The position numbers and the translations under genes are program-made. 50,339 nt of DNA, taken from an uncultured bacterium. GTDB taxonomy: Bacteria; Gemmatimonadota; Gemmatimonadetes; Gemmatimonadales; Gemmatimonadaceae. The DNA is taken from the NCBI GenBank assembly GCA_963978095.1, contig CAXBQP010000019.1, positions 1 to 50,339 on the forward strand, in the 5' to 3' direction. Each line of letters opens with the position of its first letter. Position 1 is the stretch's first letter. The notes under the pieces are model-generated. The model saw only the letters and a program-made list of their open reading frames with translations, did not search any database and was not told the origin of the DNA. Shown here one piece after another: positions 35,297 through 44,789 of the stretch.

Positions 35297-36303
35297 GTCT
35301 TGCGGCCATCCTCGCGGAGTGCGCGCGCCTCGCCGCTGGCGGCGGGGCGGGGGCGCTCGCATCGGTGGCCAAACGTCATGGCTCGCTCCCGATGAGTGCG
35401 ACGGCCAAGCTGCTCGTCACGGCGGGTGGCGCCCGCATGGGAACCGTCGGGGGTGGCTGTCTGGAGGCCGAGATCATCGAGCGCGCGTTCGATGTGATCG
35501 AGCGGCGGATCCCCGCGCGCTCACGGCACTCGCTCAATGCGGAACTGGCCGGCGACTACGGGCTCACCTGTGGCGGCACCGCGGAGCTGTTCATCGAACC
35601 GGTCTTTCCCGATCCCACGCTCGCCGTCGCCTACGGCGAGGCGGCGGCGATCGTCGCCCGCGGTGACCGCTGCACGATGGTCACCGGTCTCGATTGGACG
35701 AGTGGCCCCGTCAAGACCGTGCGTGCGCCGGAGCCCGGAGGCACCGAGTTGCCGGAACTCTCGGATCGCGAGCTCGTCGAACCGCTGAGCGGAAAGCCGC
35801 GCGTCGTGATCTTCGGGGGTGGGCATGTGGGCGCGCGCATCGCCGAGGCGGCGGCGTTCGCGGGGTGGCGCGCGACGGTGGTGGACGATCGTCCCGATTT
35901 TGCGGATCCCGCGCGCCTGCCGTTCGCCGAACGCGCAGTCACCTGCGATTTCCACGACGTGACCGCCGCGGTTCAGCTGGATGCCGACACCTATGTGGTG
36001 ATCGCCACGCGTGGGCACCAGCACGATGTGGAGCTCGCGGCCCAACTGGCACCGCTGCCGCTCCGCTACCTCGGCATGCTCGGAAGTCGCCGCAAGGTGG
36101 CGATGACCGCGGGCGTGCTCCGGTCATGGTCCGTGGAGCAGGAGGCCATCGACCGCATGCACGCGCCCGTGGGTCTGTCGATCGGGGCCGACACGCCGGA
36201 GGAGATCGCGATCAGCGTGGTCGCGGAGATGATCGCAGTGCGGCGTGACGGATCGCGTCGCCGTGGCGGCGTGCCGCAGGTCGGCGCCGAGGCATCGTCG
36301 TGA
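35293..36303 (+). CDS. xdhC: XdhC/CoxI-family molybdenum-cofactor maturation factor
   Basis: GTVGGGCLE, GLTCGG, IFGGGHVG, TRGHQHD, YLGMLGSRRK, PVGLSIGADTPEEIA. Confidence 0.9.
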   Translation: MSLAAILAECARLAAGGGAGALASVAKRHGSLPMSATAKLLVTAGGARMGTVGGGCLEAEIIERAFDVIERRIPARSRHSLNAELAGDYGLTCGGTAELFIEPVFPDPTLAVAYGEAAAIVARGDRCTMVTGLDWTSGPVKTVRAPEPGGTELPELSDRELVEPLSGKPRVVIFGGGHVGARIAEAAAFAGWRATVVDDRPDFADPARLPFAERAVTCDFHDVTAAVQLDADTYVVIATRGHQHDVELAAQLAPLPLRYLGMLGSRRKVAMTAGVLRSWSVEQEAIDRMHAPVGLSIGADTPEEIAISVVAEMIAVRRDGSRRRGGVPQVGAEASS

Positions 36304-36587
36304 GACCTCCCGTGCTGTCGGATATCGAGATCCAGCGCGAGTTGGGGACGTTGCCGGGGTGGGTGCGTCGCGGCGAGACGCTCACGAAGACATTCGTGTT
36401 CGCCGATTTTCCCGCCGGGATCCGATGGGTCGTCGCGGTGGCGAATGTGGCGGAGATCATGCAGCATCACCCCGATCTCGACGTCCGCTACACCAGGATC
36501 ACCGCGACGCTCAGCACGCACGACGTCGGAGGGATCACGGCGCTCGATGTGACGCTGGCGCGGGAAATGGAAACGCTCGCGGGGTAA
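36300..36587 (+). CDS. phhB: Pterin-4a-carbinolamine dehydratase
   Basis: AEIMQHHPD...LSTHDVGGITALD. Confidence 0.9.
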   Translation: MRPPVLSDIEIQRELGTLPGWVRRGETLTKTFVFADFPAGIRWVVAVANVAEIMQHHPDLDVRYTRITATLSTHDVGGITALDVTLAREMETLAG

Positions 36588-36647
36588 TCCCCGCGAGCGT
36601 CGGTGTGACGGAGTGCACGGGTGGTCGGCGCGTGGCCGGCCACCCGT
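36573..36647. terminator. Two GC-rich hairpins between convergent genes
   Basis: ACGCTCGCGGGG-TAAT-CCCCGCGAGCGT (36573-36600) and ACGGGTGGTCGGC-N5-GCCGGCCACCCGT (36617-36647). Confidence 0.55.
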
Positions 36648-36653
36648 TGTGCG

Positions 36654-37328
36654 TCAGTTGCGGCGACCGCCCCCCAGCAAGTTCAGGATCGCCATGAACA
36701 TGTTGAGCAGGTCGAGGTAGATCTGCACGGCCGCCATCACGTAGTCGTCCGGCCCGTACACGTTGCGCAGGCGCCAGGTATCGAAGATCAACAGTCCGCT
36801 GAACACGAGGACCGTACCCGCGGAGATCCAGAGGCCGGCCGCCTGGCTCTGGAAGAAGAAGTTGAGCAGGCTCGTGGCGATCAGCACCCACAGTCCGATG
36901 GTGAAGAAGCTGCCCCAGGCGCTGAAGTCGCGCCGACTCACGAAGGCGTAGCCCGTGAGCACGCCGAACGTGCTCAACGTCAGGATCGCCGCGTTCCCCG
37001 TGACGCCGGGGTTCGTGCGCTCCATGATGTAGATGACGGGGGCCATCGTGAGCCCCATCACGAACGAGAACAGGCCGACGAGCACGATGTTCTGCGGGAA
37101 CGCGGTCCGTGCGCGCATCGCCAAGAAGAGCGGGGCGAAGGTGCAGAGCATGGTGATCCAGGGATGTTGTACGACCGCGGCCATCATCTGCGGCTGCCCC
37201 AGTCCGAACCACGTGCCCAACACGGTCACGCACACGCTCGCGAAAACGAGTGCATAGGTGCGACGCACGAGCGTCGCGCGATCCGCGCCACTGCGAACGA
37301 CTCCGATGTGCTGATACGAATAACCCAT
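36654..37328 (-). CDS. Bax inhibitor-1/YccA family membrane protein
   Basis: RRTYAL, RRDFS, LIFDT, IYLDLLNMF; about seven TM helices. Confidence 0.92.
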   Translation of the reverse strand: MGYSYQHIGVVRSGADRATLVRRTYALVFASVCVTVLGTWFGLGQPQMMAAVVQHPWITMLCTFAPLFLAMRARTAFPQNIVLVGLFSFVMGLTMAPVIYIMERTNPGVTGNAAILTLSTFGVLTGYAFVSRRDFSAWGSFFTIGLWVLIATSLLNFFFQSQAAGLWISAGTVLVFSGLLIFDTWRLRNVYGPDDYVMAAVQIYLDLLNMFMAILNLLGGGRRN

Positions 37329-37357
37329 GAAATCCTGATCTCCGAAGAGGATACGTA

Positions 37358-37388
37358 ATTATAAACCGTTCGGCGGCCGGGAGGTTCC
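37358..37388 (-). promoter_or_regulatory. Candidate promoter: ECF-like GGAACC-N16-GTTTAT overlapping a TATAAT
   Basis: Motif match only, about 30 bp upstream of the BI-1 start. Confidence 0.35.
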
Positions 37389-37474
37389 GTAGGCCATAAC
37401 TCACTATTCAACAAGGAGTTGGACGATTTCTTGTGCGCTCCGCTCAGGGCAGGATGCGCGCGTATCCCGCGCGT

Positions 37475-39649
37475 CTACCCCCGTGTGACGACGACCAGCA
37501 TGGCGAGGGTTCGACCGCCCGACCGATCGTGGGTGGGCCGTGCGGGACCGTCAGCGGCTGCCGGCGTCGCGAGCGCCGAGAGTGCCATATGCGTCCGTTC
37601 GAGCCAGAGGAGTTCGTTCCCGACGGGTTCCTGCAGCGCCCGCCCGAGGAGTGGCTCGACCCCCGCCCCTGGCGCCCGACGGAGCGCACCGCGAAGCTCG
37701 GCGATCGCGGTGGCCACCGTACGTCGCGAGGCCACGGGGGTATGCCGCAGGAGATTCATCGCACGGAGCATCAGACGCCGCCGCACGACAGTGCGCGGTC
37801 CCTGCCGATCCAGCAGGTGCCGCGCGCCCCAGTGTTGCAGGAATCGCGCGAGCGCACGCTCCATGCGCTGGCGCTGGCAAGTCGGCACGCTACCTGCGGG
37901 CACCAACGGCAGCGTGACGCTTGCGACGATCGGCACCAAGCGTGCGGGGTCGGTGGTCGTCAGCACGCGACGTCCCTTTCGCCGTCCGCCAACCAAAACG
38001 CGCTCGCCGGCGCGCTCCACGACCGCGAGGAATCCCTCCTGCGCCCCCTGAACGATCGCCGGCACCACGGCCGGCAGGAGTGACGTCGACGCCACCGGCG
38101 ATTCGGCGTGCGTTGGCCACCGCGTCAGGAGTTCGCGCAGCTGCTCGTTCGCATCGCTCGCAGCGGTGGCCTGTTCCCCCGCGCGCTGCTTCCGGCGAAG
38201 TCGCTGACGCAGTGCCACGGCACGTTCCACCGCGGGTGACTGCTCCATGAAGTACTCATGGACCACCGCCAACTCGGTCCCCATCCGGGCGACACGCCCA
38301 AGGCGCTGGCGAACGCGGGCCGGTGTCCACGGGAGATCCAAGTGCACGACCACGCCCGCCCCCTGAAGATTCACGCCCTCGCTCAGGAGATCGGTGGTCA
38401 GTACGAGGCGCACCCGGTCATGCGACGGACGGCCGGCGGCGGCCCGCGGCGCGAGCGCGGCGATCAGATCCCGACGGGGCCTCCGACCACTGGCCGCCTG
38501 CGCCCCATCCGCGGTGAGGAGCGCCACATGCGGCTCGGAGCGCAATTCACGATACAGCGCGCGAACGGTCGCGGCATGCTGCGCGAACGCGATCACCGGG
38601 ACATTCGCGTGCGTGGCGAGCAACGAGTGCAATCGCGCCGCGCGCGCAGCGCTGTCCTGTGCTTCCAACCTTCGGGCACGCGCCAGGAGTGCCCGTACGG
38701 CGTCGCCATGGACGCGCAGCGTGTCGTGCCACTGCCCGGTATCGGTGCGCGGAGTGCCCAAGGGGAGCTGCAGCTGGACGGTGTCATCGGCCACGAGCCA
38801 GCGGCGCAGCGCCGCAGCCGTCGGCCACTCTCCCTGCGCCAGCGCCGCTTCGAGCGCCTGGCCGCGTTGCAGTCGCCGGCTCAACGCGACGACGAGCGCG
38901 GCGATGCTCGATCCGCGCGCCCGCAGCAGTCCCATCGCCACCAACGCTCGCGCGGTCCCTCCCTCCAGGAGCGGCACCGCAGCCGGAAGTTCGAGAATCT
39001 CGCGATCGAGCGCCGCGGTACGCGGCGCCGCCAACGGCGGCGCGGACACGATGGCGGGCAACACCCCAGCCCCCTGCCTCCGCCGGACGATGCACTGTGA
39101 CCGCATCTCGGGATCCAGCAGAATCTCCGATCCCAAAAACATGGCCATCAGCTCATCCAGCTCGGCGCGGCGATTCCGTACGGGGGTCGCCGAAAGCAGC
39201 AGGACCGCTCGTCCGGCACAGCACGCCGCCACCGCGCGGCGTCGCGCCGTCCCGCGGGTTCCCACGTGCTGCGCTTCGTCGATGATCACGAGATCGGCGT
39301 CGACCGGCGGCGGCGATGGTCGACTCATGCGCTCGAGCGACACGACGGTGACCGGCACCCGGGCCAGCTGGGCGCTCCGCGTCCATGCCTCGCGCACGGC
39401 CGCGGGGGCCAGCACGATCGGTCGCACGAACTCGCGGGCTAATGCCAGAGCGACGAACGTTTTTCCCATCCCCGGGTCGTCCGCAAGCAGGGCTCCTCCG
39501 TATCGGCGCACCGCCGTCCCGAGACGTTGCACGGCATCCCGCTGATGCGGCCGGAGCGAAACCTCGCCGAGTTGCGGTGGTGCGGAATCTTGCTCGGGGT
39601 CGCCGAGCACCGCACGGCGGATGATCGCGGCGGTCAGCTGTGGGTCCAC
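37475..39649 (-). CDS. SF2 SNF2-like helicase/translocase
   Basis: LRPHQ, LLADDPGMGKT, IIDEAQH, LSATP, SEGVNLQ, DLPWTP, QRLGRVAR; GTG start overlapping the MTase 3' end. Confidence 0.85.
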   Translation of the reverse strand: MDPQLTAAIIRRAVLGDPEQDSAPPQLGEVSLRPHQRDAVQRLGTAVRRYGGALLADDPGMGKTFVALALAREFVRPIVLAPAAVREAWTRSAQLARVPVTVVSLERMSRPSPPPVDADLVIIDEAQHVGTRGTARRRAVAACCAGRAVLLLSATPVRNRRAELDELMAMFLGSEILLDPEMRSQCIVRRRQGAGVLPAIVSAPPLAAPRTAALDREILELPAAVPLLEGGTARALVAMGLLRARGSSIAALVVALSRRLQRGQALEAALAQGEWPTAAALRRWLVADDTVQLQLPLGTPRTDTGQWHDTLRVHGDAVRALLARARRLEAQDSAARAARLHSLLATHANVPVIAFAQHAATVRALYRELRSEPHVALLTADGAQAASGRRPRRDLIAALAPRAAAGRPSHDRVRLVLTTDLLSEGVNLQGAGVVVHLDLPWTPARVRQRLGRVARMGTELAVVHEYFMEQSPAVERAVALRQRLRRKQRAGEQATAASDANEQLRELLTRWPTHAESPVASTSLLPAVVPAIVQGAQEGFLAVVERAGERVLVGGRRKGRRVLTTTDPARLVPIVASVTLPLVPAGSVPTCQRQRMERALARFLQHWGARHLLDRQGPRTVVRRRLMLRAMNLLRHTPVASRRTVATAIAELRGALRRAPGAGVEPLLGRALQEPVGNELLWLERTHMALSALATPAAADGPARPTHDRSGGRTLAMLVVVTRG

Positions 39650-42600
39650 GTGAGCAGCGCCGAGACGTCGCGGGGACGGATGTGGTAGCAGGCCAGTACG
39701 GCCGCGGTGAGCGTGGCGGCGTCCGGCGGAGCCCCGGCAGCCGCAGCCCGCCCGATCGGCGCGAGCCGCTCGACCGCGCCGGACCAATCACGCGGTATGG
39801 GAAGTCGTGCGACGGTCCACCCGAGGAATCGGTGATACCCGCCACGGGCCGGCTCCGCGATCATGCGCAGCCAGGCCACGAGCGGCGGTGCGTTGAGGAG
39901 CGTCGCGAGTGCGTGCGCATCGTCTTCCGTCGGTGCGAACAACACGTAACAGCTGTTCAGCGGGACGGCGGGATCCCCGCTCGGCACGACCGAGGCACGT
40001 GGGGCACGGCCGATGTCACCCCAGACGACGCGTGGGCGGTTCATGGACGCGGCCTCGGTGCGGAAGAGCTGCCACCAGGGACCACGTCCCTGTGCGTCGG
40101 TGCGCGTCGCAAGCCGGCGCGACCACGGTCGCAACCAGTCGACCGCTGCCGGAGGAAGTCGGTCCAGTGGATCGCCCGTCGCGTCGTGCGTCCAGATGAT
40201 GCGCGCGTCGTCGGCGCCGCGTCGCCACGCGCTGAGCCCGTCACCGCGGAGCAGGGGGCGCAACAGGGCGCGTTCGATAGCACCGGTCGCATCCTGCCCC
40301 ACGACTCGGCAACTGTCATCGGCAGGCCCCGACCGGGTTGGTGCGTGCGGCGCCGTCGGGGCTGGCTCCAGCACCCGCACGATGAACGCATCGTTGCAGC
40401 CCGTCTTCACCCCCAGCACCGGGCGTCCGAATGCCGTGGAGGCCAGCGGAGGGCCCGCGCGGGCCACGCGCTCGAAATCCCGGCGCACATCCGGCGGGAC
40501 CAGCGCCCACGGTGCGCCGGGTGACGCCTCGATGGGCAGAGCGTCGGCTCGCGCGTTCCATGCCAGCAGTCGATCACGCCGTGCGACGCCGACCCGAACG
40601 AGGGGCCCGTTCGCCCTCTCCGCGGTCCGACTCGCGACCACCAGCGATGGATACACGACGGCATCGAAGGTGGATCGCCCCTCCGTCCAATCCCCCACTT
40701 CGCGCAGCGTGGCATCCTGGAGGAGCAGCTGCCGTACGCCGCCACCGGCGAGCGAGCGCCAGAGTTTGGCGGGAACGAGCAGGGCCAGAGTCCCGGACGG
40801 TCGTAGCAACGCCAGCGACCGCTCAATGAACAACGCCGACAGATCGGCTTGCGCGGCAAAGCCTCGCCCGGCACCCGTGGCATCCGCACCCGCGACCCAT
40901 GCCGCCTCGCGCATCACGCGGTAGCGTGCCCGGAGGTCGAGGCGGTCGGACGGCGCGATGTGGTGCAACCGCACCCACGGAGGATTCCCGAGAATCGCGT
41001 CAAACCCCCCGCGTGCAGCCACATCGGGAAAGTGGCTGCCGAACGCGAAGGGGAGGCTGCCGCCATTGCGCAGCCCCGTGAGCCGTCGACGGGCCTCACG
41101 CACGTCACTCCGGAACTCGGCGAGTCGACGCCGCTGCACGGCGGTTGCCGGCGGCCGGCTCGAGAAGAGGTCGCGCGACCTGATCGCGCCGAGCATGTCA
41201 CGCCGCTTGGCCACGGTGACATCCAACACCCGTTGCGCGAGCGCGATGGCCGCGCGCCGTTCCTCGCGGTCGACGGCACGGGCCAACGTTCGTTTTCGCA
41301 TGCCGGTGGCACGGGCGTAGCGCGCGCGCAGCGCCTCGAGCGGGACCGCGCCACCGCGCGCGGGGCCGTCGAACGCGGGACCGGCCAGCGCATCGCCGAC
41401 ACGAATATTGCGATCGAGATTCGGCAACGGCATGACCCGCGATGGATCGGTCTCCTCCGCATCGATGACCACCGAGAGCCACAAGCGCAGCTCGCACAGC
41501 CACACGGCCATCGGATTGAGGTCCACCCCGAAGATGGACGTCGTCAGCACGTCGCGTCGTCGCAGGGGGAGCGCACGCGGATCGCCGCCGACCGCCGCCA
41601 GCGCGGCGAGCCGTTCGAGGGCGTGCACGAGGAAGGCTCCGGATCCGCATGCCGGGTCGAGGATCCGTACGGAGCGGACGGCGACCGCGACGCGCGCGGC
41701 ATCGCGCGGACTCAACGCATCGCCGCGCTCCGCCGCGTGGATCAGCCCTTCGTCAGCGCCGTGGCAGGCGAGCGCCGCGTCGAGCCCAGCTCCCGCCACG
41801 CGGTGCAGCATGTCATGCGGCGTGTAAAAGGCGCCTGCCGCCCGACGCTCGTCCCGCGCCATGAGCGACTCGAAGGCACGGCCCAGCATCTCGGGGTCGA
41901 CCGCTGCCTCGGACCACGCCGCCTGCTCCTCGTGTGCCGTCAAGCGATAGCGGCCCAGCAACGACAGCACCAGTTCCGCGAGTGCGTCGTCCGCGAGCTC
42001 CACATGCCGCGCACGCCGCTCGAGTGGTGTGCGCGCAAAGAGACCGCCATTGAGGAATGGGATGCGCCCCAGCGCTCGGGCGGCGGCGGACCGCTTGGCA
42101 GTCGGCGTATTCAGCGTACCGAAGAAGAGCGGTTCCAGCAAGCGTCGATGCAACGCGCCGCCACGATCGAGTTGCTGCATGGTCCGATGCCGCAGAAATT
42201 CGCGGTCGTCGTCGAGCCAGCCCTTGGCCTGCAGGAACGCCAGAAAAAGCACGCGCGTGGTGTTCAGAAGGGCGAGTTCATGACGCACGGTCTCGGACGC
42301 CTGACCGCGCGCAGTCGCCGCGAGATCGAGCACGTTGGCCTCGAGCTCGCGGTAAAAGCGCCGAGTGAGATGCTCGCGCCCGAGCACCTCGGCCCATCGA
42401 TGATGCACCAGCACATCCGGACCCTGGCGGGCGTTATGCACGGCAACGAGGGTCTCGGCGTCGCTCGGCAGCACGCGATCCGGTTCAACCCGCAACAGTG
42501 GGACGCGGCTCCCCGCAGACGGCGCGGCGAACACCACCGCGCGTGAGTCGCGCGTGACGACGGCGACCAACCACAACAGGTGCGGAGCGCGGACGGCGAC

Positions 42601-42852
42601 CTGTCGACACAGCGCCGCGAGCTCGGCGCGCGTCCAATCAGCGAGGGACGCATCGAGCACCAGGAACCGGAGCGTCCCCGCGCCCGGTGCGATCGAGGCG
42701 CGGCGCACGCGCGGGTCGAGACCGAGGTGACGACGTCCCCCCGCGTCGACCGCGAGCGGCTCACCGAAATCCAGCAACGACGCGACGCGCTGGACATCGC
42801 GGTATGAGCGAAGCTGCTGCAGCCGCTCGGCGAATTCACGAAGTGTAGGCAC
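39634..42852 (-). CDS. Large N6-adenine DNA methyltransferase (gamma class, Eco57I/TaqI-like) with C-terminal specificity domain
   Basis: PFLNGGLF, LGRAFE, GAFYTP, LDPACGSGAFL, GVDLNP, GNPPW, GVKTGCN. Confidence 0.9.
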   Translation of the reverse strand: MPTLREFAERLQQLRSYRDVQRVASLLDFGEPLAVDAGGRRHLGLDPRVRRASIAPGAGTLRFLVLDASLADWTRAELAALCRQVAVRAPHLLWLVAVVTRDSRAVVFAAPSAGSRVPLLRVEPDRVLPSDAETLVAVHNARQGPDVLVHHRWAEVLGREHLTRRFYRELEANVLDLAATARGQASETVRHELALLNTTRVLFLAFLQAKGWLDDDREFLRHRTMQQLDRGGALHRRLLEPLFFGTLNTPTAKRSAAARALGRIPFLNGGLFARTPLERRARHVELADDALAELVLSLLGRYRLTAHEEQAAWSEAAVDPEMLGRAFESLMARDERRAAGAFYTPHDMLHRVAGAGLDAALACHGADEGLIHAAERGDALSPRDAARVAVAVRSVRILDPACGSGAFLVHALERLAALAAVGGDPRALPLRRRDVLTTSIFGVDLNPMAVWLCELRLWLSVVIDAEETDPSRVMPLPNLDRNIRVGDALAGPAFDGPARGGAVPLEALRARYARATGMRKRTLARAVDREERRAAIALAQRVLDVTVAKRRDMLGAIRSRDLFSSRPPATAVQRRRLAEFRSDVREARRRLTGLRNGGSLPFAFGSHFPDVAARGGFDAILGNPPWVRLHHIAPSDRLDLRARYRVMREAAWVAGADATGAGRGFAAQADLSALFIERSLALLRPSGTLALLVPAKLWRSLAGGGVRQLLLQDATLREVGDWTEGRSTFDAVVYPSLVVASRTAERANGPLVRVGVARRDRLLAWNARADALPIEASPGAPWALVPPDVRRDFERVARAGPPLASTAFGRPVLGVKTGCNDAFIVRVLEPAPTAPHAPTRSGPADDSCRVVGQDATGAIERALLRPLLRGDGLSAWRRGADDARIIWTHDATGDPLDRLPPAAVDWLRPWSRRLATRTDAQGRGPWWQLFRTEAASMNRPRVVWGDIGRAPRASVVPSGDPAVPLNSCYVLFAPTEDDAHALATLLNAPPLVAWLRMIAEPARGGYHRFLGWTVARLPIPRDWSGAVERLAPIGRAAAAGAPPDAATLTAAVLACYHIRPRDVSALLTWTHS

Positions 42853-42943
42853 ACGCCTACACTGTCAGCCACTCACGGCCGTACTGTCATCGGATCAACG
42901 CCTGCGGCATCGAATCATTGCTGCGAGGTGCGCAGCGCTGCCC

Positions 42944-43597
42944 TCAACGTGTCGCCAGAAGCGCCGGGAGCGCGCCGAGCGAGTCCAACAGGTATGTCGG
43001 CGTACTCGCGACGAGCTGTTCGCGCGAGAAGGGGCCCCAGAGCGCGGCGATGGTGTCCACGCCGGCGGCATTGCCAGCATGGACATCATGCGGCGAATCC
43101 CCGACGAATACCGCCTCGTCCGCGCGCACCTGCAGCAGCTCGAGTGCGAGCAGCACCGGCTCCGGTGCCGGCTTGTGCTTGGTGACGCTGTCGGCGCCGA
43201 CGACCACCGGGAGGAAGGGCGCCATCCCGGTGAAGTCCAGCGCCTCTTGGGCGAGCAGGTTCCCCTTCGACGTCACCAGGGCCATCGCGAGGCCGCGATG
43301 CCGGAGTTCCCGCAGCACGGGAATCGCATCGGGGAAGGCACGCGCCAGCGTCCGGTGCTGCGCTTTCTGATGCGATCGGTAGCGATCGCGGAGCGTGATC
43401 AACTCGGCCTCGGTCCGGGTGTACGCCGCCAGCTGCGTGATCAGCGGCGTGCCGATCCCCGCGATCCAATCCTCGGTCGTCGGATGTGGACCCTCGAACC
43501 CTTCGAAGGCATATCGCATGCAGGCCAACAGCAACGCGATGGAATCGAACAACGTGCCGTCGAGATCGAAGAGCACGGCTTTCAGCGGTGGGCGCAT
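42944..43597 (-). CDS. HAD-superfamily hydrolase (PpaX/phosphoglycolate phosphatase-like)
   Basis: FDLDGTL, VTSK, KPAPEP, VGDSPHD. Confidence 0.92.
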   Translation of the reverse strand: MRPPLKAVLFDLDGTLFDSIALLLACMRYAFEGFEGPHPTTEDWIAGIGTPLITQLAAYTRTEAELITLRDRYRSHQKAQHRTLARAFPDAIPVLRELRHRGLAMALVTSKGNLLAQEALDFTGMAPFLPVVVGADSVTKHKPAPEPVLLALELLQVRADEAVFVGDSPHDVHAGNAAGVDTIAALWGPFSREQLVASTPTYLLDSLGALPALLATR

Positions 43598-43628
43598 CCG
43601 CCAAAGCTAATCGGTGGCACAGCGTCGC

Positions 43629-44789
43629 TCAGCGGGAGATGTACTGGCGCCCCTTCCACTCCACACGCTGTCCGCGCCACGAGGCCGAGGCGAAGATCCA
43701 GAACATGACGGCACTCGCCAGCGGGTTGAGCCAAATGTACCAGAGCGACTGCTTGGCCTGCGCATACGGTGGGATCCAGCCAAGCGACGTGAACACATAG
43801 GCCGTCAATGCCCACCAACCCACCGTCACCGGCACCGCACCGCACAGCGCCAGGAGTCCGGCCACCGGGGCCACGATTTCCCAGAGCGGAGGAAGCGGGA
43901 ACAGGATCCGGAGCAGCCGGATGCCCCAGGGTCCGACCGGGAGCGTGTCACGTCCCCCGGCCCAGACGTTCTTCCCCCATCCGCGGATGATGTCGCCAAG
44001 CCCCGCGTACATGCGGGTGAAGAGATGCTCCAGCCCCGTCACCATCTGCACGCTCATCCCCGCGCGCGTCACCCCTTGCCCCAGCATGAGGTCCTCGCCG
44101 ACATGCGCACGGACGCTCGCGTGACCGCCAACGCGATCATACGCCTCGCGGGTGATCATCAGATACTGTCCGTTCGCCACCTTCCCGTACGGGGACTTCG
44201 CCCGGCTGATCGTCTCGGAGCCACCGAAGCGTGTCAGCAACAACATGAAAATGTGCGGCTGGATGAGCCGCTCCCAGAAGCTTTCCATCACTTGCTGTCC
44301 CGCCACGCTCAGCAGGTCGGCATGCCGGATGCGTCGCGCGTTCACCGCCCGAGGCAGGCACTCCGGACCGTGCCGCGTGTCCGCGTCGGTGAAGAGCAGG
44401 ATCCGCCCACGCGCAACGGCGGCGCCATTGTGACAGGCCCACTGCTTGCCGAACCAGCCGTCGGGCAGATCGGGATTCGACAGGACGCGCGCCCGCGGAT
44501 CCGACGCGGCGACGCGCCGCGCGATCTCACCGGTGTCGTCCGTGGAATGATCATCCACCACGATGAGCTCGAAATGCGGATACGCGGACGCGAGGATGCT
44601 TCTCATGCACGCTTCGATATGCACGGCCTCGTTGCGCGCGGGGAGCACGACCGACACCAACTCGGCATCGTCCCCTGCGGCGAGCGGATAGCGATCGAGT
44701 TCCGTCGAATCGCTCACGCGCCACAGCACGATCAGCGGTACCAGCCCCCATGGCAGGGCGCAGACGAGGATCCAGCCGGGCGACATCAC
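43629..44789 (-). CDS. GT2 glycosyltransferase (carotenoid/lipid glycosyltransferase-like)
   Basis: PARNE, VDDHSTD, GWFGKQWAC, FTDAD, ANGQ, EDL, GWGKN. Confidence 0.88.
   Translation of the reverse strand: MMSPGWILVCALPWGLVPLIVLWRVSDSTELDRYPLAAGDDAELVSVVLPARNEAVHIEACMRSILASAYPHFELIVVDDHSTDDTGEIARRVAASDPRARVLSNPDLPDGWFGKQWACHNGAAVARGRILLFTDADTRHGPECLPRAVNARRIRHADLLSVAGQQVMESFWERLIQPHIFMLLLTRFGGSETISRAKSPYGKVANGQYLMITREAYDRVGGHASVRAHVGEDLMLGQGVTRAGMSVQMVTGLEHLFTRMYAGLGDIIRGWGKNVWAGGRDTLPVGPWGIRLLRILFPLPPLWEIVAPVAGLLALCGAVPVTVGWWALTAYVFTSLGWIPPYAQAKQSLWYIWLNPLASAVMFWIFASASWRGQRVEWKGRQYISR

Noticed and set aside
37475..42852. Complete DISARM or BREX system
   Set aside because: No drmA/B/C, pglZ, brxC or brxL homologues adjacent.
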